Positions 22,914-31,767 of a stretch of 64,000 nucleotides of DNA are shown here, piece by piece. Source of the DNA: Gloeobacterales cyanobacterium (GTDB lineage: Bacteria > Cyanobacteriota > Cyanobacteriia > Gloeobacterales > PMM-0068); NCBI GenBank assembly GCA_038245785.1, contig JBBRSB010000008.1, positions 32,001 to 96,000 of the forward strand. Reading direction: 5' to 3'. Position 1 is the stretch's first letter, and each line of letters opens with the position of its first letter. The notes below the pieces were generated by a model. That model saw only the letters and a list, made by a program, of their open reading frames with translations, did no database searches and was not told the DNA's origin. Position numbers and translations under genes: made by a program.

Positions 22914-22944
22914 CTTATGACAATATTGTCATAAGGTGTAAAGA
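22905..22944. repeat. Perfect 40-bp palindrome
   Basis: TCTTTACACCTTATGACAAT|ATTGTCATAAGGTGTAAAGA. Confidence 0.95.
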
Positions 22945-22952
22945 TCAAGGCC

Positions 22953-23113
22953 CCATGAATGGAGGACGTATGAAGAAGAAAACTTCTGACCATCTGACTG
23001 CTGAACAAAAGGTAGAAATTGAAGCCTTAGCCGCTTTTCTAGAAGACCAGATCAAAACGGATGATATTCCCGAAGTGCAGGACTGGAGCGGTGCCACCCA
23101 TGGGATTTTTTAC
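22953..23113 (+). pseudogene. Truncated BrnA paralogue
   Basis: Diverged copy of c. 25662-25822; ATG at 22970. Confidence 0.8.
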
Positions 23114-23127
23114 CCGAAGGTCTCCTC

Positions 23128-23285
23128 TCATGGGGCAAAAAATAACGTGGGCGATAGATGAAAAAACGCTCCCAAACCCTTGGCCTGAGCTTTGCTAATA
23201 GACCGCTTACCATTCGAACAAAAATAGTGCCACTACGATAGTTAATCTCTGCAATTAACCAATAGTGATTTCCTTTAATTTTTGC
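23128..23285 (-). pseudogene. Collapsed higBA remnant
   Basis: IKGNHYWLIAEINYRSGTIFVR (HigB-like) joined to NGKRSISKAQAKGLGAFFHLSPTLFF* (HigA C-terminus). Confidence 0.7.
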
Positions 23286-23322
23286 TTTTATAAGCATTTA
23301 CTTATATTATAGAGATGTGAGT

Positions 23323-23694
23323 GTGTCAAACCAAAATGACCCAAACGTAAAATCCGTTGTCTGGGTAGGCGATAGTCTCAAACAGGTCAAAAATTTCCCG
23401 ATAGCTGTCCGTAAGGATATCGGAAGTTCCCTCTTCGATGTGTAGAGGGGCAGTGCCCCAGACAATGCAAAACCCTTTAAGGGCGTCGGTAGCGGTGTTT
23501 TTGAAATCGTTACCCGGTTTGATAAGGAGACCTATCGAACAGTTTATGCTGTTCAAATAGGGGAGCGAGTCTATATTCTGCATGCGTTTCAAAAGAAATC
23601 CCCGAAAGGGATAAAGACTGCACAGAAGGATATCGATTTGATTAAGAGCCGCTACAAACAGGCCATTGAGTTAGAACAGGAAGCAAAATCATGA
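23323..23694 (+). pseudogene. RelE/HigB (Gp49-type) toxin with an internal nonsense codon
   Basis: KSVVWVGDSL..FP...FDV*RG..AKPFKGVGSGVFEI..TYRTVY..LHAFQKKS; TAG at 23443-23445; missing from the ORF track. Confidence 0.85.
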
Positions 23695-24029
23695 ACGAAG
23701 CATCTACAACTGATGACTATGTTGAAAGCAGTGGCAATGTTTTTGCCGATATGGGTCTTGAAGAAGCTGATGAACTCTTGACGCGCGCGCAGCTTGGCTA
23801 TTCGGTGCGGCAAATTCTAAAGGATAGAGGTCTCAAACAACAGGACATTGCCACCTTATTGGATATCAAACAGCCAGAAGTTTCCAATCTCATGCAAGGA
23901 AAATATCATCTATTCTCTGAAGGAAGACTCTTTAGTTTCCTAAGGAAACTGAACCAGAAAGTTATCATCCAGATTTCGCAGCATCAGGACGGTGAACCTT
24001 TTCAACAAGTTGCGATGGGGAATATCTAA
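23691..24029 (+). CDS. XRE/HigA-like HTH antitoxin
   Basis: SSGNVFADMGL...LKQQDIA.LL.IKQPEVS. Confidence 0.88.
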   Translation: MNEASTTDDYVESSGNVFADMGLEEADELLTRAQLGYSVRQILKDRGLKQQDIATLLDIKQPEVSNLMQGKYHLFSEGRLFSFLRKLNQKVIIQISQHQDGEPFQQVAMGNI

Positions 24030-24060
24030 CAATATCGACAAGCTGTAGAGCAGATAAAAT

Positions 24061-24327
24061 ATGAACCATCCTAAAAAAAAACCCGTTTTTGAGCGCGGAA
24101 GTGGGAATGTCTACGCCGATCTCGGACTGGACGACGCTGAGGAACTGTTTGTGCGTTCACAACTAGGCTTTCAGGTCTGGAAAATTCTCAAAGAATCAGG
24201 CTTGAAACAATGGGAAATTGCAGAACTTTTGGGCATCAAACAATCTGAAGTCTCCCATTTGATGAATGAAGAGTTTAGCCGCTTCAGCGAAGGCAAACTG
24301 CTAAATTTTCTCAAGCGACTCGATTGA
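24061..24327 (+). CDS. Orphan XRE antitoxin, possibly 3'-truncated
   Basis: GSGNVYADLGL...; similarity continues past the TGA as EVTIQI. Confidence 0.75.
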   Translation: MNHPKKKPVFERGSGNVYADLGLDDAEELFVRSQLGFQVWKILKESGLKQWEIAELLGIKQSEVSHLMNEEFSRFSEGKLLNFLKRLD

Positions 24328-24441
24328 GAAGTCACTATTCAAATCACTACAGTAATACCTTCTCGAAATCCCAAGACTATAACCAAGAGGACGGCGACGC
24401 GTTAGTTCAGAAGTTTTCTCTGGAAATTTTGGTAGAGATGC

Positions 24442-24471
24442 TACTAAATTTTAGTACTATAAAATGGTACT
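24442..24471. promoter_or_regulatory. Probable tandem HicB operators
   Basis: TACTAAA-T-TTTAGTA overlapping AGTACTAT-AAA-ATGGTACT. Confidence 0.6.
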
Positions 24472-24479
24472 ATTAAAGC

Positions 24480-24734
24480 ATGAACCAAAAGCAGCGAAAC
24501 ACCTATAGCGCTCTTTTCGCTGAACCCATCCGACGCAACATTCTCTGGAATGAGGTTGTTTCTTTGATTCTTGCTTTAGATGGGCAGGTGCTTCAAGGCG
24601 ATGGTTCTAGGGTGCGCTTTGACTTAAATGAGGTTTCGCTGAACATTCACTCTCCTCACCCGCAAAAAGAATTAAAGCGCTATCAAGTCAAGGCTATTCG
24701 TGAGTTTTTAGTTAATGCAGGAGTTGAACTATGA
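24480..24734 (+). CDS. HicA-family toxin
   Basis: GDGSRVRF...IHSPHPQKELKRYQVKAIREFL. Confidence 0.88.
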   Translation: MNQKQRNTYSALFAEPIRRNILWNEVVSLILALDGQVLQGDGSRVRFDLNEVSLNIHSPHPQKELKRYQVKAIREFLVNAGVEL

Positions 24735-25057
24735 ACTATAAAGAGTATGAAGCGGTTGTTGAGTATGACGATCAAGACAAACTCTTTGTCGGGAAGGTCA
24801 TCAATACCCGCGATGTAATCGCTTTTGATGGCCTCTCTGTGGATGAGCTTGAAGCCTCTTTCCACGCTGCGGTTGATGATTATCTTCAGGACTGTGCTCG
24901 TCTTGGTAAGGATCCTGATAAGCCTTTTTCTGGGCGTTTTAATCTTCGTATCGCTCCTGAACTTCATCGTCAGGTTGTGATCCGTGCTGAGCAGGAAGGG
25001 GTTAGTCTCAATGCTTTTGTCGAAAAAACGCTTGCTCAGACCGTCTCTAGGCGTTGA
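24731..25057 (+). CDS. HicB-family antitoxin
   Basis: MNYKEY...VDDYL..C...PDKPFSGRFNLRIAPELH. Confidence 0.9.
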   Translation: MNYKEYEAVVEYDDQDKLFVGKVINTRDVIAFDGLSVDELEASFHAAVDDYLQDCARLGKDPDKPFSGRFNLRIAPELHRQVVIRAEQEGVSLNAFVEKTLAQTVSRR

Positions 25058-25076
25058 TCGTGACAGACTGGTGACG

Positions 25077-25153
25077 ACCCGCAGGGCGAAGGGTACCAAA
25101 CCAGCATCAATCGTGCCTTGCGCAAACACATCACGCAGCGTCATCAACTTTGA
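25077..25153 (+). pseudogene. 3' fragment of BrnA
   Basis: Diverged copy of 25890-25966. Confidence 0.8.
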
Positions 25154-25351
25154 ACGTAGTTTCAGGTGAACTTCATCCAAAAGCAACAGTGATGCCATAA
25201 CATTTCTCTTCCTCAGTATTAAATCCCAAAGAAAAATAGATATCACTCAAAAAATGGTGGCTACGGAGCCTTTGCCTGAATGGTGAAACGCACCTAGCCG
25301 CTACCAATCCTGCCCAGTTCGAAAAGCTCTGGTAGGAGGTTGATAAAACAA

Positions 25352-25389
25352 TTGACAGACAGCAAAAGTAGCTACATATTTGTAGTTAC
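25352..25389 (+). promoter_or_regulatory. brnTA promoter/operator
   Basis: TTGACA followed by the near-palindrome GTAGCTACA-TATT-TGTAGTTAC. Confidence 0.6.
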
Positions 25390-25395
25390 ATAAGG

Positions 25396-25698
25396 ATGAG
25401 GCTAAAATTGCGGTGGATATGGAGTGACGCCAAGAACAGGGCGAACAAGCTGAAACATCGCCTTAGCTTCGAGACTGCACAGCTTGTGTTCAATGACCCT
25501 CTCGCAAAGAGTCGGCGCGATCCATACCCCGACGAAGAACGCTGGCAAACCCTTGGTCTTATTGGTCCTGTAACCGTTTTTGTAGTGCATACATGGCCTA
25601 CCTATGACCCGGAAAAAGACGAAGAAGTCGGGCGGATCATTAGTGCCCGTAAAGCAACAAACCATGAACGGAGGGCGTATGAAGAAGACAACTTCTGA
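25396..25698 (+). CDS. BrnT-family toxin
   Basis: KNRANKLKH.LSFE.A..VF.DP...EERW.TLG...RIISARKAT. Confidence 0.9.
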   Translation: MRLKLRWIWSDAKNRANKLKHRLSFETAQLVFNDPLAKSRRDPYPDEERWQTLGLIGPVTVFVVHTWPTYDPEKDEEVGRIISARKATNHERRAYEEDNF

Positions 25699-25966
25699 TC
25701 AGCTGACTGACGAACAAAAGGCAGAAATTGAAGCGCTAGCTGCTTTGTCAGACGACCAGATCAAAACGGATGATATGCCCGAAGTTCGGGACTGGAGCGG
25801 TGCAACCCGTGGGATGTTTTATCGTCCGGTGAAGCAGCAAATCACGCTACGCCTTGATGCTGACCTCATCGACTGGTTCAAGACGCATCACCCGCAGGGC
25901 GAAGGGTACCAGACCAGCATCAACCGTGCCTTGCGCGAATACATTACGCAGCGTCATCAACCTTGA
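25679..25966 (+). CDS. BrnA-family antitoxin
   Basis: YRPVKQQITLRLDADLIDWFK...GYQTSINRALR. Confidence 0.9.
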   Translation: MKKTTSDQLTDEQKAEIEALAALSDDQIKTDDMPEVRDWSGATRGMFYRPVKQQITLRLDADLIDWFKTHHPQGEGYQTSINRALREYITQRHQP

Positions 25967-26000
25967 CTATGGTCTATATGGTCTACCTGAAGGCTCCCTT

Positions 26001-26115
26001 TCATGGGGCAAAAAATAACGTGGGGGATAGATGAAAAAACGCTCCCAAGTTCTTGGCCTGAGCTTTGCTAATAGACCGCTTTCCACTGATCACTTCTGAA
26101 GCTATTCCTTGAGAG
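26001..26115 (-). pseudogene. HigA C-terminal remnant
   Basis: SQGIASEVISGKRSISKAQAKNLGAFFHLSPTLFF*. Confidence 0.7.
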
Positions 26116-26187
26116 CCAGCGGCTACTCAACAGTTTTGTTAATCGATGCTCACAGAGTGACACCACATACAGTGCTATAGTAGTGTC

Positions 26188-26628
26188 ATGCCCGCTGCAC
26201 CATTACTTCGAGTTGTCATTGATACTAATGTTGTATTTGAGGGCTTAACTAAGCAGGGTGGGGCTGCGGGTCTCATTATTGATGCTTGGTTGGCTAGTTT
26301 GATGGAAGTCTGCATTTCTAATGCTCTTGCCTATGAATACAAAGATGTGTTGTCACGCAAACTCTCAGCAGCTCGTTGGGGTCAGTTGCAGCCTGTATTG
26401 GGATCACTTCTCAAGGTGGCTCAATTTACGCCAATTTATTTTTCATGGCGACCGACTTCACCGGATGCAGGTGATGATCTGGTCATTGACTGCGCGATGA
26501 ATGCAGATGCAGTAGTTATTACATCAAATCTTCGAGATTTTCGGAGTGCAAAAGAGTCACTGGGTATGCGGGTGATGACACCAGCACAATTAGTCGTCGA
26601 ATTAGCATCAAGAGGAAGCGAGTTATGA
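26188..26628 (+). CDS. PIN-domain (VapC-like) toxin
   Basis: RVVIDTNV...EY..VL...D.GDDLVIDCA...VITSNLRDF. Confidence 0.9.
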   Translation: MPAAPLLRVVIDTNVVFEGLTKQGGAAGLIIDAWLASLMEVCISNALAYEYKDVLSRKLSAARWGQLQPVLGSLLKVAQFTPIYFSWRPTSPDAGDDLVIDCAMNADAVVITSNLRDFRSAKESLGMRVMTPAQLVVELASRGSEL

Positions 26629-26969
26629 GCCGATTGACCGTCCGATTACCTGAAACATTGCACCAACAACTGATCCATCTGGCGGAAGGTGAGGGAGTGT
26701 CGCTGAATCAGTACATTGTTTATGCTTTGACTCGTCAGGCGACTTTGGGTTACTCAGTGCAAGTCATTCCTGAAGCAGAAGTTGAACAGCAGCGACAGGC
26801 TTTCAAGGCATTGGTCCAGAAACTGGGGCAAGCATCTTCCACGGAGATCCAATCAGTCCTAGCGGAACGTGAACGGGTCGAGCCAGAGGCAGAACTGAGT
26901 TCAGAAATGGTCGCCCGTCTACAGGAACGAATTCGTCATGGGTCAAAAAATAACGTGGGGAATACATGA
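26625..26969 (+). CDS. RHH/HicB-like antitoxin
   Basis: MSRLTVRLPETLH..L...A..EGVSLNQYIV. Confidence 0.85.
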   Translation: MSRLTVRLPETLHQQLIHLAEGEGVSLNQYIVYALTRQATLGYSVQVIPEAEVEQQRQAFKALVQKLGQASSTEIQSVLAERERVEPEAELSSEMVARLQERIRHGSKNNVGNT

Positions 26970-27011
26970 ACAAGCGCATGTGAGTTCATTAAACCAACTT
27001 TACTGACTAAC

Positions 27012-28940
27012 CTATGTTTTCACTTCCTTCGTTTTCGCCTCGAGCTTTGTGATAACTTCATTTAGATAATGTTCAATATACGACTTCAAAAAGTATCCGC
27101 TGAGCTTTCCCTGTCTGTGGCTAACCTCCAACAGCAATAAACACCGAACAGATTTAAGCCATTCTAATTCTTCAATCAAATTAGTGCCACCAAATTCATA
27201 TCGCTTTTTTAACACTCGAAAGACTTCTTTTTGGTCTTTAGGATCTATGGATAATAACTGTTCTACAAATGCACTTTCCTGTATATATTTTAGGACTGGC
27301 CTATACTGATATTCATGTACAAAAGTATCCCCGTTATCTCGATAAAGCATTCTATAAAAATTCCGAACATCACTTTGCATGGTAACAAGTAAATCTTGAC
27401 CATTGCCAGGCATCCTTTCTTCTCTTCTTACTAGTTCTTGGACTGTATCAAGATATGAGGATAATTCTCTGAATTCCTCAAAATCTTTTCCCTGAAAGCC
27501 AAGACCAACATAACTATCAGAGATATCTCCAACTGTTGAAAGAGAAGCAGGAGCAAATTTGTCACTGCATTTTAGCTGATCGATATAAAGCTTAGAATCT
27601 TTAAGAAGCTCTTCTTTAGATTTATGATAAAGCCCAATACTGGAGAGGGTTAAAAACAGTCCAAAAACATGTTTAATAACTCCAATCTCAACATACTCTC
27701 TATTGTTCCATCCTGACTCCACTGTATGAATAATATTATCAAAATCATTATCAGAAAGGTTATAAAGATGCCATAATCTAACCCAGTTTGGGGTATTTTC
27801 ATCCTGGAAGTATTTACTGTTTAATATTGATTGCTCTAGTTCTTTTGCATTTATGATACCTCTGTCAAAAAACATTTGCCACCATAGTTCACTTGGAAAA
27901 ATATCATACGGATTAAGGAAGGTATACCTACTAAAAATTGTTTGAATTGGAGTCAGTTCTTCACTATTACCTTTAATGTTAGTACTGGCTGATTGGCGCA
28001 AACTAATCTGAGTTGAATAGGCAGATAAATATGCCTCTCGTAGTTGGCTAATATCTTTTGCAAGCATATCTCCCCGTTTGATCTCAATGGAAAAAACCGT
28101 GAGTAATTTCAACAGGTCTTTCAAAAGCTCTGGCTCCCGTTTTGCCTTTTTTGGCAAGTCATCAAAGATCCTCGCAAAATCTAAAATAATTTGCTTCAAA
28201 CTCCTTAAATTCTCATATTCAGCTTCTTTGTACAAATCTTGTACCAATTCAGTATTATTAGATAAGAACGCTCTGACATCTTGCTGCTTTACCATGGTAA
28301 TAAAGTCCTCTAAAGCACTCTCAAAATCTAGAGACACACCAAAAGTTTTTCCTATTAATTTTTCTTTAATAGCTTTATAACTAGAATTTTTCAATAATTC
28401 ATCTTCATTTGCAATGAGAATTACTTTTAATTCTTGATGTTCAACAAAATAATTGATATAGCCTAATATATTGCTGAGATCTATGTTACAGCGTTCTAAA
28501 TCATCAAAAACTAAAATACATTTATCGGTATTTTTAAGATATTCGGGAAGATTAATGTCTGGAATTCCAACGTTTATTGCTCCATCATCTCTATTGTCAT
28601 TATTCAAGTCAATTTTTAACGTGCCTTTTAGTAATCCTTTAAAGATCTTACTTGTTATTGCCATTCCTTTTGATGAGAGTATAGGATGCAATTGTTGAAA
28701 AAAAGCATCTTCTATCTCAGAAAAGCTTGTCATTCCATAAAGGCTAACGTACAAAAATCTTTGTTGTTTGCCTTTGAAGTTTTTACAATATTTATTGATA
28801 AACCACGTCTTTCCAGATCCCCACTGACCTTTTAATAGAACAGCAAATCCAGGTGCATGAGATAATTTACAGTAATAATCTAAATATTCTTCTATATGGC
28901 TGTTAACCATTCGCTTGCTTTGACTCATTACTCTCCTCAC
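27012..28940 (-). CDS. KAP-family P-loop NTPase
   Basis: Walker A GQWGSGKT, YVSLYG, Walker B ILVFDDLER, KEKLIG; AT-rich. Confidence 0.85.
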   Translation of the reverse strand: MRRVMSQSKRMVNSHIEEYLDYYCKLSHAPGFAVLLKGQWGSGKTWFINKYCKNFKGKQQRFLYVSLYGMTSFSEIEDAFFQQLHPILSSKGMAITSKIFKGLLKGTLKIDLNNDNRDDGAINVGIPDINLPEYLKNTDKCILVFDDLERCNIDLSNILGYINYFVEHQELKVILIANEDELLKNSSYKAIKEKLIGKTFGVSLDFESALEDFITMVKQQDVRAFLSNNTELVQDLYKEAEYENLRSLKQIILDFARIFDDLPKKAKREPELLKDLLKLLTVFSIEIKRGDMLAKDISQLREAYLSAYSTQISLRQSASTNIKGNSEELTPIQTIFSRYTFLNPYDIFPSELWWQMFFDRGIINAKELEQSILNSKYFQDENTPNWVRLWHLYNLSDNDFDNIIHTVESGWNNREYVEIGVIKHVFGLFLTLSSIGLYHKSKEELLKDSKLYIDQLKCSDKFAPASLSTVGDISDSYVGLGFQGKDFEEFRELSSYLDTVQELVRREERMPGNGQDLLVTMQSDVRNFYRMLYRDNGDTFVHEYQYRPVLKYIQESAFVEQLLSIDPKDQKEVFRVLKKRYEFGGTNLIEELEWLKSVRCLLLLEVSHRQGKLSGYFLKSYIEHYLNEVITKLEAKTKEVKT

Positions 28941-29000
28941 TTTGTCTTGTGCTGTTACTAGGAACTGTTAGTTTTTAGGACTTTTATCCAGCCGCAAATC

Positions 29001-29055
29001 TACGGTCTAGTCTTGTAATATCCTAGATTATCCTGCACCTCTGCGCTTTAACTCC
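29001..29055. repeat. ~55-bp direct repeat, copy 1
   Basis: About 43/55 identical to 29809-29862 by manual alignment. Confidence 0.75.
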
Positions 29056-29774
29056 GAGATTTTGGAGTTGTTGCGATGGCATTGACAATCACTAGTGTCC
29101 AGGCGAGTTTGGCTTGATGATATGTTTAACAATTTTTCTAACTCGGGAGCAGTAGTGCTTAGAACTACACCAACGAAAAGCCAAAACGCACCAATTGCGG
29201 AGATGTGGAGCCCACCTGTACCAAGGTTCAGGATAGAATCTCTCAATTTCGACACTTCTTGTAATCGTTCAGAACTTTCTTTCTTCAACAACTCATTCTG
29301 TGCTTGATTTTGCTCATCAATTCTATTGTGCATGTTCTTGATGGATGAACGTAGAATGTTCAGATTCTTTTCTGCCGCGTGAACTCTGTCTTCTAAAGTC
29401 GGGTTCTCATGCAAGTCATCCCAATTTTTAAATTCTAATCTACCAGTACTACTATTTTCTCCAGATAGCTCGCCCATAATTGTTTTCCCCTTATGATATG
29501 TCGGGAATCTTTTCAGCCAGTCTACAACAACTGATGTGAGAGACGGCTGATTAAATTGACTACGGGTTATGTGTATTCCCCAAATCACGGTCAGGATACT
29601 AAAGCATTGAAGCACCAGTCCAGATAATCTAAAAATCAGCTCTGAAGCACCAAATATTTGTAGTGGTATGCAAATCAAAAAAATAGTGACAAAGCTGAGC
29701 CAAAATAGCTTTGGGATCAGCATCCAATCTACTACCCGCTTAAGCCAGCAGAGGAATTGTCTCAATTTGTACAT
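29028..29774 (-). CDS. Hypothetical membrane protein with a coiled-coil
   Basis: Two N-terminal and one C-terminal hydrophobic segments; AT-rich. Confidence 0.7.
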   Translation of the reverse strand: MYKLRQFLCWLKRVVDWMLIPKLFWLSFVTIFLICIPLQIFGASELIFRLSGLVLQCFSILTVIWGIHITRSQFNQPSLTSVVVDWLKRFPTYHKGKTIMGELSGENSSTGRLEFKNWDDLHENPTLEDRVHAAEKNLNILRSSIKNMHNRIDEQNQAQNELLKKESSERLQEVSKLRDSILNLGTGGLHISAIGAFWLFVGVVLSTTAPELEKLLNISSSQTRLDTSDCQCHRNNSKISELKRRGAG

Positions 29775-29808
29775 TTTTTACACTCAACTATTTATTCAAA
29801 TGCACTTG

Positions 29809-29862
29809 TACGGTCTAATTCTGGGATATGCGAGCTTATCCCACACTCTGCGATTTAACTCC
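29809..29862. repeat. ~55-bp direct repeat, copy 2
   Basis: TACGGTCTA...ATAT.C.AG.TTATCC..CAC.TCTGCG.TTTAACTCC. Confidence 0.75.
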
Positions 29863-30212
29863 AAAAAAGATGAGCCAGAAAATCTAGCTCATCTTTTCTC
29901 AAACATATCTTTGGGTAATGCATCGGAGAAAATATGAATCTGTCCCATACTTTCTACAAAGGTCAACTTTTCCAACAGGTTAATAATTTCTCTTTGAAAA
30001 AATTTTTCGTTTGCCATTACTACGCACTTTCCAGAGAAGACTACGTAATTTTACGGGTATAAGGGTGTAGAAAGCAACATGTCTATTTTTCACATACCCA
30101 AAGCTCAATCTCTAAAATCTAATCGAAGGGACACATTATCCTCTCCCTCACACTCATACTTTGGAAACGAAGCTGCACCAGCAGCAGGCTTAGTCTCGTT
30201 GTATTGCTAACC

Positions 30213-30776
30213 TTAATCAAGTAACCAGCTAAACAAGCCCTCAACGGTGAGATTGAAATCTTTAGCAAACTCCGGCACGGGTAAACGTGCTCCTGGTTCA
30301 TCGTAAAAACTGGTTGGCTGATCTTTCAAGTAGACAAACACAGATTGTTCGTCTGGATCAATCAGCCATCCCATCTGAGTTCCATACTTAAGGCAATGTA
30401 GAATGTTCTTAGTTACTTTCGTTTGACTCTGGTCTGGAGATAGGATTTCGATTGTCCAATCTGGAGCAGTGGAGAAGACATTAGCAACACCATCATTTTC
30501 CTTGCGCGGGATCCTGTCCCACAAAAACACAGAAATGTCAGGGATGATGGAACGTCCACCAAAAGTACAGCGAAGCTCTGAGAACGCTCGTGCAATTTGT
30601 TTAGGTTTTACAACCAAGTTGATTGCAGGTGCTAATTCAGTCTGAATTACACTGTGCTCTCCCTGCGGCATCGGTTTTTGGGTAATGTACCCATCCATAT
30701 ACTCGCTGGCAGGTTCTGTCTCTGGCAGTTCCAGGAACTCTTCTAAAGTCAGAAGTTTAGTAGGGGTCTGGACCAT
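30213..30776 (-). CDS. Uma2-family (DUF820) endonuclease-like protein
   Basis: LTLEEFL.LPE..PASE...PDISVF...PDWTIEILSP...GWLIDP. Confidence 0.92.
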   Translation of the reverse strand: MVQTPTKLLTLEEFLELPETEPASEYMDGYITQKPMPQGEHSVIQTELAPAINLVVKPKQIARAFSELRCTFGGRSIIPDISVFLWDRIPRKENDGVANVFSTAPDWTIEILSPDQSQTKVTKNILHCLKYGTQMGWLIDPDEQSVFVYLKDQPTSFYDEPGARLPVPEFAKDFNLTVEGLFSWLLD

Positions 30777-30845
30777 TTAAGTTAAGGTTTCCGTGAGAGG
30801 AGCGAGTTGTGCTGCTTCTATCTGTCATTCTACAAAATCCTCTCC

Positions 30846-30877
30846 CTCACAAGTTCCTCAATTTTTCCCCATACCTT
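30846..30877 (+). promoter_or_regulatory. Shared promoter motif, copy 3 (hoxW-hypA-ligase)
   Basis: CTCACAAGTTCCTCA-N11-TACCTT. Confidence 0.75.
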
Positions 30878-30944
30878 GGAAACGAAGCTACGCTATAGCC
30901 TGCGGCCCAGTGGAGAGCGATGTAGTCAGTCTGGAATAAAGATT

Positions 30945-31433
30945 ATGCTCACCAAAACATCTCAGAAAGCACTGCTGATTGGTTATGGCAATGATTTGCG
31001 GGGTGATGATGCGATTGGAAAGCGGGTCGCTGATGCGGTTGCCGCTCGGAAATTGGCTGATGTGGAGACTTTGGCGGTCCATCAATTAACCCCTGAACTG
31101 GCGGCAACCCTGGCAAAATTTGAGCGGGCCATTTTTGTGGATGCTTATATCGCTGCCGATGAAGAAGACGTAGGGGTTCATCCTCTTAAACCTGCTCACA
31201 CTGGAGGGATAGCAGGACACACCGGAGATCCGCAGTCTTTGCTAAGCCTTACCCAAGCGCTTTATGAACACTGTCCTCAGGCTTGGTGGGTGACGGTCCC
31301 AGGAGTCAATTTTGAAGTGGGAGATAGCCTTTCTCTCAAAGCTGAACAGGGAGTCACTAAAGCACTGGAACGAATCGAGCTGCTGCTTAAAGATGCCAAA
31401 GGAGGCCATGAGCCATGCACGAAGTCGGATTGA
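30945..31433 (+). CDS. hoxW: Hydrogenase maturation protease HoxW
   Basis: LIGYGNDLRGDDAIG, HQLTPELA, IFVDA. Confidence 0.9.
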   Translation: MLTKTSQKALLIGYGNDLRGDDAIGKRVADAVAARKLADVETLAVHQLTPELAATLAKFERAIFVDAYIAADEEDVGVHPLKPAHTGGIAGHTGDPQSLLSLTQALYEHCPQAWWVTVPGVNFEVGDSLSLKAEQGVTKALERIELLLKDAKGGHEPCTKSD

Positions 31434-31759
31434 TGCACCGTATCCTGGACCATGCCCTGGAACAGGCACGAGCGCAGGGAGCTCAACAAATTAACGAGAT
31501 TCACGTGCGGGTGGGAATAGCCTCTGGGGTCGCACCTGAGAGCTTAGATTTAGCTTTTCAGGTAGTCAAAAAAGGGACGATTGCAGAAAAGGCTCAGTTC
31601 AAAATAGAAGAGGTTCCGATTATTTGCCACTGCCCCAGATGCAAACAGGATTTCCAGCCGCTGGACTCCTGGCTCTATGAATGTCCGCAATGCCATCAAA
31701 TCAGTACGGAAATACGTCAAGGGAAAGAATTGGAACTGGCCTCTCTCGAAATTTCTTGA
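31415..31759 (+). CDS. hypA: Nickel metallochaperone HypA
   Basis: MHE, two CxxC motifs, GKEL. Confidence 0.95.
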   Translation: MHEVGLMHRILDHALEQARAQGAQQINEIHVRVGIASGVAPESLDLAFQVVKKGTIAEKAQFKIEEVPIICHCPRCKQDFQPLDSWLYECPQCHQISTEIRQGKELELASLEIS

Positions 31760-31767
31760 GGTAGAAA

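Noticed and set aside
22545..25246. ORF-track entries 22545-22934(+), 23326-23592(-) and 24683-25246(-)
   Set aside because: Antisense shadows of TA genes or pseudogenes; the same applies to most short ORFs overlapping long genes.
23128..26980. ~90-bp sequence repeated at 23128, 26001 and partly at 26936, first suspected to be a cassette recombination site
   Set aside because: The minus strand translates as a HigA antitoxin C-terminus (GKRSISKAQAK.LGAFFHLSP), so these are coding remnants.
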